Below, piece after piece: positions 13,325 through 26,199 of a stretch of 64,000 nt of DNA. Source of the stretch: Raillietiella orientalis (taxonomy: Eukaryota). The DNA lies in assembly GCA_036172245.1 (NCBI GenBank), contig JAYWIR010000004.1, positions 4,774,001 through 4,838,000 on the forward strand, in the 5' to 3' direction. Under the pieces are notes generated by a model that did no database searches, was not told where the DNA came from, and worked only from the letters and a program-made list of their open reading frames with translations. Position numbers and translations under genes: made by a program. Every line of letters starts with the position of its first letter. The first letter of the stretch is position 1.

Positions 13325-14520
13325 CTACCTCATGATGGATAACCTCTGGATTCCTAGCTTAAAGCACATAATAATATTGCAGTAATCTGCTTTAGGGTAC
13401 TGCGAGGGAAGCTTTCCTCGCAGGATGTCATAGCTCAACGAGATTTGCAGTCCAGTTCCACAAAATATCAGTGATTTTTTCCAGAAAAGATCATCTCGTG
13501 GGAAACCCAACGAGAATGAAAATTGCCCAAAACTGATGCTATCGTAATCCCACGCAATCTCCGTGATCACGTAGACAAAAGTTCTCTCAAAAAAAATATC
13601 AAAGGATTGTTAAACCAAGAACTGACCGCAACTGCCTTCAGTTGCGGCCAACGCTCTGCAGTTGATGAAAGTACCATGCTCTCCAATAGCGAAGGAAAAT
13701 CAGCGAATCCTGTTCCATCCTACTCCTTTTCGAAATGCAACCTTACCAGCTTTGGAGACGAGGATTGCGTCGGCTGCTTCAACACAGTCTGTTTTTTGAT
13801 CCCCTTTTCCTTATCCTGCAAAGAGCGATTGAGACCACAGTTATAGCGCCAGAAAGATGAAAGGCATACGTATAATCAGTGCAGCTTTCGTGAGATAGTT
13901 TATAACGTTGCTTGCCGACCGGTTTGGCTTTAGATCTTGGCTCACTTGATTGCTTCAGCAGCTGGTCTTTCTTGATGATTTTTGTTTTCGCCTCGAGTCG
14001 CTGCAAGCACCGTTCAGTTGCCTCCACGGGTCTGTTGTCCAAGCTGATCCAGACATCATGGCAGCCGTTCATCACGCTTTGTTGCAAAAATCGGCTTCCA
14101 GGAAAACCATTGTCCAAGATCATCTAGCTGTCTTTGACGTTCATTATCATCGGCCGAGAAGACGGGCTCCGAGTCGAAAAAACAGCATTCGTTTCCCAGC
14201 TAAAAGAGTATCGTCCCTCGTGTTTACAGGGATTCACGAAGCGATCCCCTTTGAAGAATCAGCAATCCGGGATAGGGGCGCTCTCGGGGCATGCCTGGCT
14301 ACATGATTTACTGTGGAAACTCTACTAAGATCCTTCTTCAGGAAGCTTTCAATTGATTTATACGCCCTAGAGTTGTGAGTGCTAAATATGGAGATCTCAT
14401 GTACATCACGTCGCAAGTTGCTTGTGGTAAGGAATTTCAAAGCCACCCCGAGAAGATATAGCGGCGCTTGAAAGCCACCACCCAGTCCTAGACTCAGACA
14501 TCCACCTTCTGGAGGGCATT
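13325..14520 (-). mobile_element. Collapsed BEL/Pao retrotransposon pol remnant
   Basis: Minus strand, in order: protease 'LGGGFQ/RRYI' (~LDGGSQRSYI) at ~14455-14486; 'LSRIADSSKGI' (~LxLADP...I); 'LDNRPVEATERCLQRLEAKTK..QLLKQ' (~LPDNRxxAxKRLxxLERKL) at ~13984-14046; integrase 'PKADYCNIIMC' (~KAYICLFTC). Confidence 0.55.
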
Positions 14521-17500
14521 GCCCAACATTGGTGGGTGCTTGTTCTTGGCAGTCCGAAGATAGCCATCTCCATCCAAAGCGACTGCAATTGGCTGATGAT
14601 TTAGATCGAGAGCGGCTGCAGCATGTTCAGCGCGGTCAAACCTGGCTCATCATCACACTCTTGTGGATTCTAGGAAGTTTGTTGCCACAAAGATATCCTT
14701 TCGGATATCTAGTAAAGCGCGCTTGCTTGAAGGAGGGGACCGACCATTTCGTCAGCTCAGAAACTGGGATGGATGGATTCAAAGAGAGACCTTGGAAGAC
14801 GGAAAACGGAAGAATGGATGGGTTTTCCTTCGACGGTCCTGAACTGAAGTGACATGGAGCTGATTCCTGCAGCACCGATTCCGGGGAAAACAGAAACCTG
14901 AGCTTAGAATCGTTAGGTTGGGAACAAACGGGGAAGAGACAGGAAAGGCTGCCGGGGAAGGGACGATGAGAAAGATGATTCATGAGGTCTTAAGAACAAA
15001 TAGTCACGGAACGACAAACAAGTTCGCATGAAGGGAAATCCCAATCTTCTGAAACGGCATCTGCGTCCCTAGGACTGCAGCAAGCAGGAGCAACGGCAAG
15101 TCTGCGAAACCTCCGCCATCTATTTCCGAAAAAGGCTGTCCGCCTTTTTTTAGCTTTCGGCTTTGCCAAGAATGATCGACAGACTGCACGTCCAGGAACG
15201 GTCGGAAACGAAGAGTTCCAAGTGGGCGGCGATGGAAACGAAAAAAAAGGAAAGAAAGAAAGAAAGAAAGCAGCCCAAAGAAGGCGATGGGAGTGCGCTG
15301 ACCTAACCGGCGAGCTGAAGGAATTTCGGGAGACGCTTCCGAACACGATGAGAACAGCCCTACCTCCCGCGCCCATCGTCTACATGTTCGTGTTTCCTGT
15401 GAGCCAGAGGCTGCGTCACGTTCTGCCTTGTTTGCGGTGTCGCGTGAACCGTATCCTTGGGGAGGGATAAAGCCTCGCAGACCCTGGGAAAAAAAAAAAA
15501 GTGGAGGTGGCGTTGCTTGCAGAAAGGACTTTTCATCAGGCAGCGGAGAAATTCTGTCTGCGTTGTCGGGCCCCGAGGTCACGTCCATTGGGCGTGCCAT
15601 CTGTGCGTTCCTGAAAGGTATCTCCTAACACAGGCTATCCTGAACTGGAGGTCCCAGCCTGCGTGTGTTTAAACCTACGATTCCAGTAATTTCGGATCAT
15701 AGATCCGTGCTGGATCTCACCTCGGTCTTTTTTGATGCTTCCATGGAAACCCTATCGTTTGAACACTGACTCTGAAGTTGATCGGTTTTGCGGGGTTGCT
15801 AGGCCGAGGAGGAGGAGCCGAGAGAACTGGGGGGAGGGAAAGGGGGAGAGAGAACTTCCTCCGTTCGGTGATGGAAACCCATTCCGCTTTTCAGGCTCCA
15901 CGAAGTTTGCGGGCGAGCAGTCGGCAACCTTCTGGTTCGACCGTTTCATGCGGCACGCCTGTTTTCTTCCCCGACATGACGAAAGGAATTTTTTCTTTCG
16001 CCATCGCGCGCTTCTAATTTGGCGCATGCGGCGACAGACCGAACTCGCACTCTGATACTGCATAGGACAAGTCGTATCTGGGAATAACCGCCTCCTCATC
16101 CTGTTCGCCCTTGTCGTCGGTTAGCTCCGCTGCTGTTGTCCCCATCATCATCATTCCTTCCCTTTTTTTTTTTTTTTAACTTCAGTGGCCAAAAAAAACA
16201 CGAAAAAAGGAAGCTGGATTTGTCTCTTCGTCCGCGCCTCGATGTTTTTTTTTTTGTGTGTTATTTATCGTTTTTCCATGCGCGACTCTGAGTTTTCCCG
16301 AGAGCGATCCAGAAGAGCTCAGGTGGCAATTGAATCCTCGAAGGTTTCGTTCCGCAACCTCCCTACTCCTCCACCTGGGTGCTTCGGGAAGACGCTGCCT
16401 GCTCTCTCGCTTTTCCTCCTTTTCGTCTTGAACAGTTCTGGAAAGGAACTCTGTCTCTTCTCTTCTCGATGTCCACTCTTTTTCCGGTTCTTCCTCGAGG
16501 ATCATCCTTTGGTGGCCCAGGGTTCGATGGAAAAGGAATGGAATGTACTGGGCCGTCGTCCGTTGCTATCGTAGCAGGTTTTCGACAGCAGGAACTCCCG
16601 TCCTTCCCCAGGTTGCAGTGGTTCCGCGTGGAAGTTCTTGCTGCTTCCCACCAATATGCCCACCGGCAACAAGAGTAGGATGGCAACACCGGCATGCAGC
16701 GGAAGGACAGGAGAGGAAAAACGGTTCGGTAAGTTGCTCGCCCCGATGCATGCAACAGAAGAAACGCCTTAAAGGTTCTTCCGACGTCAGTCTGTATGAA
16801 CCCTGGAGGTGAGCATCAGCGCGATGGGAGAGAACAGAGGAGAGAACCAATGAGCCAATGCGCGCCTCCCGAGCACCAAGAGCAACAAGTGAAGAGAAAG
16901 CGCGATGGGCATAAGAGATGTAGAAACCTCCAGGCCAGTGACACACGGAAGCGACTGAAGGCTTCTGAGAGTACCAACAGAACCAAAGATGCCGCTGCTG
17001 TTCTTCGATCCTGCACTCGAACTTGGGAGACCTGCAAAGGAAGCACGTGACCAAGCAACTCCGCCCTCTTAACGCGACGCCTTCCGCTTCCATTTGGATC
17101 ACCACTACCTTGCAGTCGTTTCTCCGCCTTACGCAGCTTCACAAGAAGCGAAATCCGAAATGCTCTTCTGGCACTTTCGACCCCAGAATCAAATATTCAC
17201 CTTGAAGCGTTGTGAATGAGACAGATCGTGGCAAATATGAAGGCACCCACCACTCCGACAAGAATCCTCACAAATAGGCGGCTTTGCTTTCCATCTTGTC
17301 ATTTGGACCACGAACTCTGACGAAAGAGGGATCACGGGAAAGCCTTCGGACGCCGGCTGCAGGGTCATGTAACGTTCCCCGTTCTAGATAGTCGATGTTT
17401 GAAAGAGCAGGGCGCTTCCCATTGACACAAGAAACGTATTAAGAGAATGTGACCAAGCTCCATAGGCTCTCTCTTCTCTGGTGAAAAATACGACTGGAAG

Positions 17501-17628
17501 TGAATATGACACAGACTTTCTGAAAGTCTTCCTTCTTGCACGTTCGGAGTCAAGTCGACACAATAAAGAAAGCAGGAAGCTGGACCAAAAGGCAAACCAG
17601 GAATCGAAAGAGAAGGGAGCATGTCTCC

Positions 17629-17668
17629 TCTGCAGCAGGGAGTAGTACGTCCTACTCCCTGCTGCAGA
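17629..17668. repeat. 40-bp near-perfect palindrome (17-bp arms)
   Basis: TCTGCAGCAGGGAGTAG-TACGTC-CTACTCCCTGCTGCAGA; the arms are exact reverse complements. Confidence 0.95.
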
Positions 17669-18149
17669 ACCAGCATGGCACCGCGGAACCAGCGGAGTAC
17701 GTCCTCCGCGGGTTCCGGAATGGCCATAGCAATGATACGAGATGCAACATTCTGTAAGATCAGTCCTTACGCGTTTCTAACCTGGACTGAGGAAATTCCA
17801 AGCCCCGAGAGATGAAATAACTTTGTAGCCAGAGTGGAAAATTACCGAAACGACCAGATTACGGTCAACCAGAAAAACAAGGGAGGCGGGCAAATAACCA
17901 TTAAAAAATATATATGCATATCAAAACACTATAGATCATAGACGGGGGGTTAGCTTGTAGGCATAGCAGACGATGTATGCGCACACCTACGGGGCATGAA
18001 CACGTGAGTCACCGCACAGCCAAATGATCCTTCAAACTGGACATCACAAGCTGTGAACATTTGCAATGTTTGTTCTCCAAAGACCATCGATTAAGGTGCG
18101 CCTCTGCAAGAACGGTCCAGTCTTATTAAGGCTTGCGCATCGGTCCAAG

Positions 18150-18430
18150 ATTCATTGGCAGAACATTTTACCCTTGCAAGAGAAAGATGAACAGCCTGAA
18201 TGTTTCGCAAACTTGGCAGCTCGTGGGCAAATCTGCAAAGAGGAATTAGTGAGTTGCTGCTTCCGTTGAGATTCCATCGAAACGAAAAAGAAAGACTCGC
18301 TGGTTATACCGTCATCCCAAAGAGCAAAGCCGCCTTCACCGTCTGTCATGTGCCGCTTTCCGCACAATTCCCGAGTCCAAGGGTTCAGCTGACAACGGCT
18401 GCAAGAGCACAGTTAGCTATAGTAACCAAA
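18150..18430 (-). mobile_element. Gypsy integrase core remnant
   Basis: 'QTVKAALLFG' (~ETVARAFLxGW) and 'FLFADLPTSCQV' (~LFxDLxxxLG) in integrase-core order. Confidence 0.35.
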
Positions 18431-19099
18431 GTCTAACTTGATGATCGTGGAATGAATCTCCTTGGAAACATAACTTTTCCAAAATATCACTGCGTTTTTT
18501 TTTTTTCTTTTTTCTTTAATCATGAGGGCTACATGAGTGAAACTAGGAAGCTCTCCAGGAAACCTGTGTTTAATTGAGTTACGGCTTTTTTCAGAGATAA
18601 AGGTGTGAGCTGAGGAAAAATACGATTCCGGCATTTATTAGAACAGTGCTTTTTTTTTTAAAAAAAAAAAAAAAGAAAGAAAGAAAAGTGCTCCAGAAAG
18701 ATGAACGGATTCTTTCATCTGAAAACAATTCTAATGGTTGATTTGAAGAACAAAAAATCAAAATTTGAAAGTTCTAATTTTGGAATACTCCCTACTCTAC
18801 ACAGTATGCTATCTGACGAAGGAGCCTCCGTTTTATCTCCTCTGATTTTCCATTAGGCTCTTCTCATTATTTTTTATACAGTTGCAATCTCGTGCATCGC
18901 TACTGCCTTAATTAGAAGTTCGTGTGATGGAATTTAATGCGGCCAGGAAGATGCGATGAATTTCCTGTTTGTTGATAGATGGCAGAGATTCTGCGAAAAG
19001 TTGAGCACACGTGACAGACAGGGTTCTCATCTGCGGAGCTCTTCTTGAACTCTCACAATTCCTTTTTCAAGATACTTGAATCTCATTAACCACCAAGTA

Positions 19100-19101
<2 letters not shown>

Positions 19102-19126
<25 letters not shown>
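19102..19126. repeat. (CT)n microsatellite
   Basis: Direct inspection. Confidence 0.95.
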
Positions 19127-19131
<5 letters not shown>

Positions 19132-19808
19132 CCCCCTCCCTCCCCAAACGACTCTGCGTCCGTTTTGAAAACTATGCCCAAGGAAAAATGTGTCAAAGCG
19201 CACGCTTCTGAACACCGTGAAAGCTACATGCAAAGTGGCAGTTTCGTGTCGCCAAGGAGAAATTCTTGCCCACACAGTAGAGCAGCCAGTCAGTACTGGA
19301 AGCCAAAATCAACAAAAAGCTGCCTGGAGCAATGGAGAATCGCACGGCGGCTATCACCCACGAAATTAATATTTAAGAAACGTGAGTGGAAAAACTCCGC
19401 TCCCTGGAGACGGATGGAGCCTCATTACTGCAGTCTCATTACTACACATAGCAATTACTAAGCACTCGAATTAGGTTCTATCGATTGTGGAGGCGTTGAA
19501 ATCAAAGAGGGATTTGTAATCACAAACTCTACGTCTGTTGCAAACTTGGTATAATGCGCGAAGCAAAAAGAAAAAAAAAAAAAAAAGGAAACATATCAGA
19601 TCATCATTTGCATCTGGATGGACAATTTTCGCCCATGATTCACTCCGGTGCTAGACGGGAATCCTGGCAAAAAAAAAAAATTTCAGGGTTCAAGGCAACA
19701 GCTGCTCCGGAGTGAAGCGAATGCATCCAGCGCGATGGAAAAGCGAGGCAAACTGCTGTATCATCGACACGAAAATAATGGCCGGTCATATTAATACCTC
19801 AAGGGTAC

Positions 19809-19834
19809 GTGTGTGTGTGTGTGTGTGTGTGTGT
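19809..19834. repeat. (GT)13 microsatellite
   Basis: Direct inspection. Confidence 0.95.
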
Positions 19835-20329
19835 CTTGCTGGCGCACAAAACCTGCTGCTCGCTCTCACCACGGAACGCCGGGAAAACGCGGAATCTCCG
19901 CGTGACCTTGAGGACTGGGAGCAACTTTTGCCCCGATGCGGTGCAATTCCGCGTATTGACACAATTCCGCTCCCAAACAAACGTCCGAACGTGCGGTGTG
20001 ACACGATGTGTATGGAGAACACAGTACATAGGAAAGATACATTCGAATTCACGTACCAATACGTCTGCCCTCAAATTAGCATTTCGGTCCACAGCCGTTT
20101 ATTTAACGGATCTGACCTTGGCTCCTCGCCCATTGCGTATCTTGCAGTTTGTTGTCAAGTGCCCTCTGCGGGATCGATTATGGCGTTTAGCTGGGCAAAA
20201 AATGATCTATAATTTATCACAGATATCCATTCATTCTACGGTGTTCCAGTGGAGTGTTGAGGTTTCAGCTTGTTCCTTTGTTTGGGTCCACTGCTCATCG
20301 CGAAGATCACTTGGAATGTTTTTTTTTTT

Positions 20330-20371
<42 letters not shown>

Positions 20372-21099
20372 CAAAAGCGAAAGAAATTGCGTTTGGGGTG
20401 TCCAAAGCGTATTTTTCGTTTTTTTTTTTTTGGGGGGGGTTGCCCTCTTTGAATTCACGGCTATTTACGTATTCGAACGTAATTACCGAATCGAATTCAC
20501 TAATCGTAGTTAACGCTCTCGAAGCTTAACGAAAAATCAGTTAATTGAAATCGGTGAGCATCTGTGTGTAGATATTCGAGCAAGGTTTTCTCTCCTGCCT
20601 CTCAATCGGTTGATCGTCCATAAATTCATGTGCTCTCCCCTCTCTTTTTTACGAGAACAAGTCCGTTGCACTTTTGCTGCAACACCGCAAGCATTCAAAC
20701 AACAGAAATGGGAGAGCCGGCCGACGAGGGTCCTTGGAACACGGCTAATGAAATTCCTTCTGCAGATACAGTCTTCGCGGTTTGGGTGTGAGGTCACTTG
20801 TCTCCGAGGAAACGAAATATCCTGGGCGCGCGCGATGCGAGAGCATCGAGCGCGAGACAGCTTCCAATCTTGAGGTTTTTTTTGTTTTGTTTTTTTGTTT
20901 ACCATTTCCTATTATTAGCATGTTGATGTTTCTTTTATTATTCATGAGTTTTTGCAGCGCCGCCGTCAACTATACATTCGGAGTCGTGCGGAGGTTTTGA
21001 CAGATTTACAGTTCTTGCAGCTTCGCAAATCAAAGAAGCAGGAGTTACACACTTCTGCCTTATTTCCAGGCTCCCATGGTTCCCGCAGCTCCCACCAAG

Positions 21100-21200
21100 A
21101 TCAGCGTGTCGGTCGGTCTTAGAAGCAAAGAACGCCCGTGGCAAGGCGTTCCACAGATGAGGAGATCTGCATCGAACGCATGCAAGCAAAATTCGTGATC
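21100..21200 (-). mobile_element. CR1/L2-like LINE ORF2 extreme C-terminus remnant
   Basis: 'CVRCRSPHLWNALPRAF' resembles the terminal 'F..R/AP.LWNxLP' motif. Single motif only. Confidence 0.35.
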
Positions 21201-22029
21201 ACTTAAGGAATACCTACAGGAGTAAAAGGAAGATAGTAAATGCTTCGGAGGGAAGTCGATCAGAAGGGTAATGAGAGCTTCGTAAAGCGCGCTTTCCTGA
21301 AAACTACAATGTACTACAAAATAAAATGCCAAGCGCCTGTTTTTCGTTCGGGGGGACCTTTTCCTCCGGAAATTCTTCGGGACGGCATTAGTTGTTCGTT
21401 GTACGCACTACGCTGTGCAAAGGATGCGCACCTCGCTTCATATCTTCTTACATTACTTCACACACGGCCTCAGCGTGTTTTACTTGTTCAGCAACCTCTC
21501 ATTTCGTACGTGCTGTTCCTGTTGTCCGTGTGCTCGTCGGCAAGACAGATGCGTTCTGATATGGCTGAGTAAACGTTTGCAGGAAACCGCAGCAAGCAAA
21601 CCGCCTCGAAGAATGCAACGGTCATCCGCGGTAACACGAACTCTCGAATGGATCTTTAATTACATTCCCTGAAAATGAGTACACATGGGCATGGCATCTT
21701 CCATCTTGAGATGGCTGCCGTGGATTCGTGCACAAAGAAAAGGAACCGAGAAAGTCGACAGAGAACCATATTCCATCTTTTGTTCCATTTTCAAACTTCA
21801 TTTTGTAATGGAACATCCTCCCTCTGAGGTAAATCGGGAAACTGCCCTGATACATCTAATCACTGTCATACTTAGAGGTGCGGTGTAATTACTTAATTCT
21901 TCCTGCAGTCAGGAAGCTGCTCTTTGTTTGTCCTTCAGCTTTTGACATGTGCACTGGGATACTGAAGATTACGAAAGCGGCAGATTCCGACTTTCCCGAC
22001 TCCCTCGGCAGATTTCACAGTTCTTACCA

Positions 22030-22325
22030 CTTTTTCGCCCTTTCGAAGAAGGAGTCTGCACGTATCACTCTGCGGTGTGTCGAAAACCGGAAGAATTCAG
22101 TGATCGTCGGATTATGAAGGAGTTTGCCTCGCGGCTCAGAAAGAAGGGACTTCAGGCTGAAGTCAGAGCCACCATCGTCGGAGCACTAGGTACCGGGGAT
22201 CCCCGGAACGAAGGTGTAATTCGCGCGAGCTAGGTATCCCTGAAACTGCATGCTGAGAAAATGGGACACCTGGTGGTGGCCTCGTTCATACAGCACAGTG
22301 GGGATATCCACCGTCCAGAACACCC
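22030..22325 (+). mobile_element. NeSL/Utopia-like (R2 group) restriction-like endonuclease C-terminal remnant
   Basis: 'PFEEGVCTYHSAVCRK...RLRKKGLQAEVRATIVGALGTGDPRNEGVIR/ELGI..EKMGHLVVASFIQHSGDI' matches the REL C-terminus pattern PFE...A..RK...LR.KG....IVGALGxWDPxNE.V...M..L.VS..I..SRDI. Confidence 0.7.
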
Positions 22326-22999
22326 ACCGGACGATGCCGTTAAGCCACAAGCTTACGAAACGGCTAAGGAAGAAGAGAGTTCTTCAAATCAACACCATGA
22401 TGAAGGAAGAAGCTCAAATATCACTCACAGGTGACATGAGATATCCTACCCAGCTTGAGCTCTGGAACCATTGCCATTGCAAGTAGCCCTCAGTGCTGAA
22501 CTTGAAAGAGCGATTCGCCAGCTGCCTACTTCTTCGGAGAGAGAAAAAAGAAAAAGAACCGAAATGCTACCTCAGGGATCATATAAACTCAGATTCGAGC
22601 CTTCGTCCGTTAGCACATCTCTCAAGCTATATCTGATTATTCACATCTCAGAACGGTGATGCTGGAAGTTGATTCCTGCATGGTTACCATCGACCATCCT
22701 GCCGTGCTATCGACCTACATTCCGGTTCTGATGAAACCGGTCAAGCTCGTGTGAGCTGGAATCAGCGCACCATGGCAACTCGGCGGAAGACTTGACTGAA
22801 TGAGCAGCTGATGAACTTACGAAAAGCCGTGGACTAACCCGTAATGAAATGCAAAGCAGTCAGCGTGCAGTTGATGACCCGGTATGACAGTGCATTCGTG
22901 TTCTGTTATCGTGTTGCTTACCTTGCGTGCTCAAGCTCTTTTGTATCACATGCTCTTACGTAGAAGTGTCACCTTCATCGAAACGTCGGTGTATTATCA

Positions 23000-23310
23000 G
23001 GGAGCGCACAAAGAAAAATTTTGCATAAGCACTGCCACCTTCTTCGAATGATTCTTTCTGAACTCGAGATTCGGATGAAAACGTCGGCAACCCGATGCCG
23101 GGAAGCTGAGCAGAAAGTTTGTGAAAACTCTTCGGGGTCTTTGAAGACTTTTCCTTCCTTCACTCCGAGGCAGGAGAGCCCATTTTTCTTCCACCAAGGA
23201 TGAGGGCAATCCCGCAAACTTTGCTCTCCTGCTGCTTCGGAGCTGCAGCGTGGCAACCTGCACCTGCGGGTCATGGAAAATGACAAGGATTCTCTGGAGA
23301 AAAAAGGAAA
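23000..23310 (+). mobile_element. Second NeSL/Utopia-like fragment (region preceding the zinc knuckle)
   Basis: 'EQKVCENSS...SFTPRQESPFFFHQG' loosely resembles QGKVxE...FTRFADWRFIHRA. Weak. Confidence 0.25.
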
Positions 23311-26199
23311 TTGCAAAGACGGCGAGAGAAAACTCAGCGCCCCCTGGAACGAACAGGAAACAGCTCATGCAGGAAGAGGCGTTCTCCTACGCGACGGGGA
23401 ATTCGCTGGAAGCTGCGATCCAGCTTGGGATCCAGGAATCTCAATCTGAGTTGAAGTGAGGGTGCGCTTTCCCTTTCTAGAGCAAGATGCACAGTCCGCT
23501 CGGAATACAAATGCCGTAGAACACTGCAGAGAAAACACGCCCGCCTGGGAAATTGCCGGTAAAGATTTCCAAGAAGACAAAAGCCTCCGGCGGGCAACAC
23601 AAAAAAAAAAAAAAAAAAAAAACGGTTTCGAAGTGGAGGGTTTCCCGGTCAAGGTAATTTACAGTTCCGACGCGGAGAGAGAGGTATGAAGAAGTCTCAT
23701 CCACCGTGCGCTTCCGGTGTGTGTGTGTGTGGGGGGGAGGAGGGGGGTGACTAGAGTTCGTGTCACGCGTGTCCGGCCTTTGGAGCTCGAGCAGGGGAAA
23801 ATCTTTCGGAGGAAGCATTCTCTTCGGTACGAACCGAACACGGAAAGTGTTTCCGTTTTTGTTCCCGGTCAGAAGTGTATGAGTTCCACCGTCGGCACAA
23901 TGTATCTTTTGTTTACCTTCGTCTCCGCTATCGGAGACGTGGAGCTCCCATTGCTTTCCAGGAAGCCAGGGTGCATCATCTTCCTCGCGTTTTACAAGGG
24001 CCTTGCGGACACTGTGTCGCGTCTCGTCGACAGTTCGTCCGTCGGCTGCCGTACTACGGAAGCAAGATCCCTGCATTCTAAAACACCTGTCTCCTCAAAA
24101 TCTTCATCCTCTCTCTTGGACTGAGAGTACAATTCCAAGGATCTGACAGTGGTGCTGTTCTCCCTGATGGATTGATCAGAGTTGGTCTTCTAACGACGAA
24201 GACTTGTTTGCTACGTAAAGAACACTTGAGAGCGGGAATGAGGTTCACCGTCTTGGAGTTGAATTTTAGAAAGCATGCGAAAAAGGAAACGTGACCTTTA
24301 CTCGTGCCTTTTCGGACCACTCTTTGCCGGGATTGCGTCGGGAAGAGTTTCATCAGTTTTCGATTTTTTTGTTTTTGATGCAAATCCCAAATAGAAAAAG
24401 AAAAGAAAAGAAAAATTCTTTTTTTTTGGGGGGGAAGGGGGGGTTCGTCACTCCCACCTCGGAAACGTGGGAGCTTTCAGGCGCTTCGACTGAGCATTCT
24501 TTGTCCACTCCCAACCTATCCTGCTTGTCCTCCAGGAAGGAATTTCCATGGACCAAGCATGAAAGTGCTCTCAGGGCACCAGTTATCTGCCGAAGAGCCT
24601 GCTATTTTTAATTCTTGCGATCCGCGGCGGAGCAGTCAAAACAACCAGAAGCCTCCTCCCTCCTGCTTCTGGGATGGCGACGTCGGGGCTAGGGGAACGC
24701 GCGTTGCGCATGCTGGCTAGAACGCGATGCCGACGCGCGCGCAAGAAACTTCTGGAATCACAGGATCAGCGAGCAAGCGCGCTCCCCTCCTCCCCCTCCC
24801 TCCTTCCACGGGAAAAAAAAAAGGGATGCTTTCACCGAGGCTCGTCTCATCACTTGTCGGAGACTTCCCGCACACCCGAGACTGGCTTGGCTCATCTGGC
24901 CGCAAGTAGACTGTTGGTTCAACGCTCTCGCTCCGAGGTATCTGCAGGAGGACTTCCTCCCTTGCGCGGAGAAAGCGCTCCCATGAAATATTCATGCGTA
25001 CAGTCGTAATGTCTGTTCCTGCCTGGAGTAAGGCAGCTCCGGATGCATGGCGTTGTATCGCGTTGGCTTCGCGCGAGACGCTTTTTTTGGGGGGCAGGGG
25101 GAGGGGAGGAGGGAAGTTTCTTTGTTTTTTTTTTTTCTTTTTTTAAGTGCACGTGAAAAGGTGTGAAGACAACAGTCGTTCCCGATTATCCCCTCTGGGA
25201 AAGCACACACGTGCCAGAACGAGAATCATTAATATGCTCGCTGTCCCGTCGCTTCCAGAATGTGGTGGAGGCTCCCCTTGAAACGCATCTGCACTTCGAG
25301 AACCCCAAACCTATCCTGGTGACGTACTGATGAGACGGAAGGATGGGGAGGATCGGCGCGGAGAGAGTGGAGGCACTGGAGGACCACTACGTTCCTGCCC
25401 TGCCCACACCCACCCCTTATCCCCCCTTCGCGTCTGCAGTCGATGCGTTCCCGTAGCTGCAGTCGGATCCCAAATCTAGGAGGGCTGGCGAGGTTTCTCC
25501 CAGCCGGGAAGCTTTGAGAGAGATGCAGGAAAGAGGGGCGGGGGCAAGCTCGGAAAAAGGTCGAAGAACGAGCAGCGCAGGACTTGTGCTGGCGATGCCG
25601 CCCAGTGAACGCTGTTGCCAGCGGGTCGCGAGGTCACCGCGGGGCCGCGCGCGGCCGGCTGGTCAACCGGCTGCGTTCTTTGCCGAAGTTTTGTGGCATG
25701 CGGGCAAGAGCAGGAAGATTCCTCGACGACGTGGCCTTCGCACGGAGGGAGAGGGAGAGAGAGAGAAGGGGGAGACAGACAGACTTCTTCCTTCTTTCGG
25801 AATCCCGCAGAAGTTTCGGCTTCCAGGAAGCGTTCGCGCCATCACTGGCTAAAAGTCCCGGAACTGCGAACTCGGATCAGATTCTTCGGCATGCAGAGCG
25901 GCGCGGAGGATGCGGCTCTCGGAATCCTCAAGCGGAGGCGGTTTTATCGCCCGGTTGTGCCGGGGCATTTATTACGCAGAGTAATATAAAAACTCATTAG
26001 TGTGGCAGAACCAACGGTCTTACCACGTGCGTTGAATCTGCCTAAGAGCGTTGCGCAGACCGGCGAGGTCCGCTTCGGCAGCGCGGGGGAAAGGAAAAAA
26101 AAATAAACAAAAACACAGAAGGGTAAATTATACACGAGAAGGGAGGGGGGGTCCAAGGAAGGGATCACGGTACGCTGCCAAGCATCCTCTGCATTAGCA

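Noticed and set aside
22950..22992. Penelope-type hammerhead-like tail (...CTTCATCGAAACGTCGG)
   Set aside because: The CUGANGA core is absent (CTTACGTA). Other CTGATGA sites I checked lack a stem II followed by GAAA.
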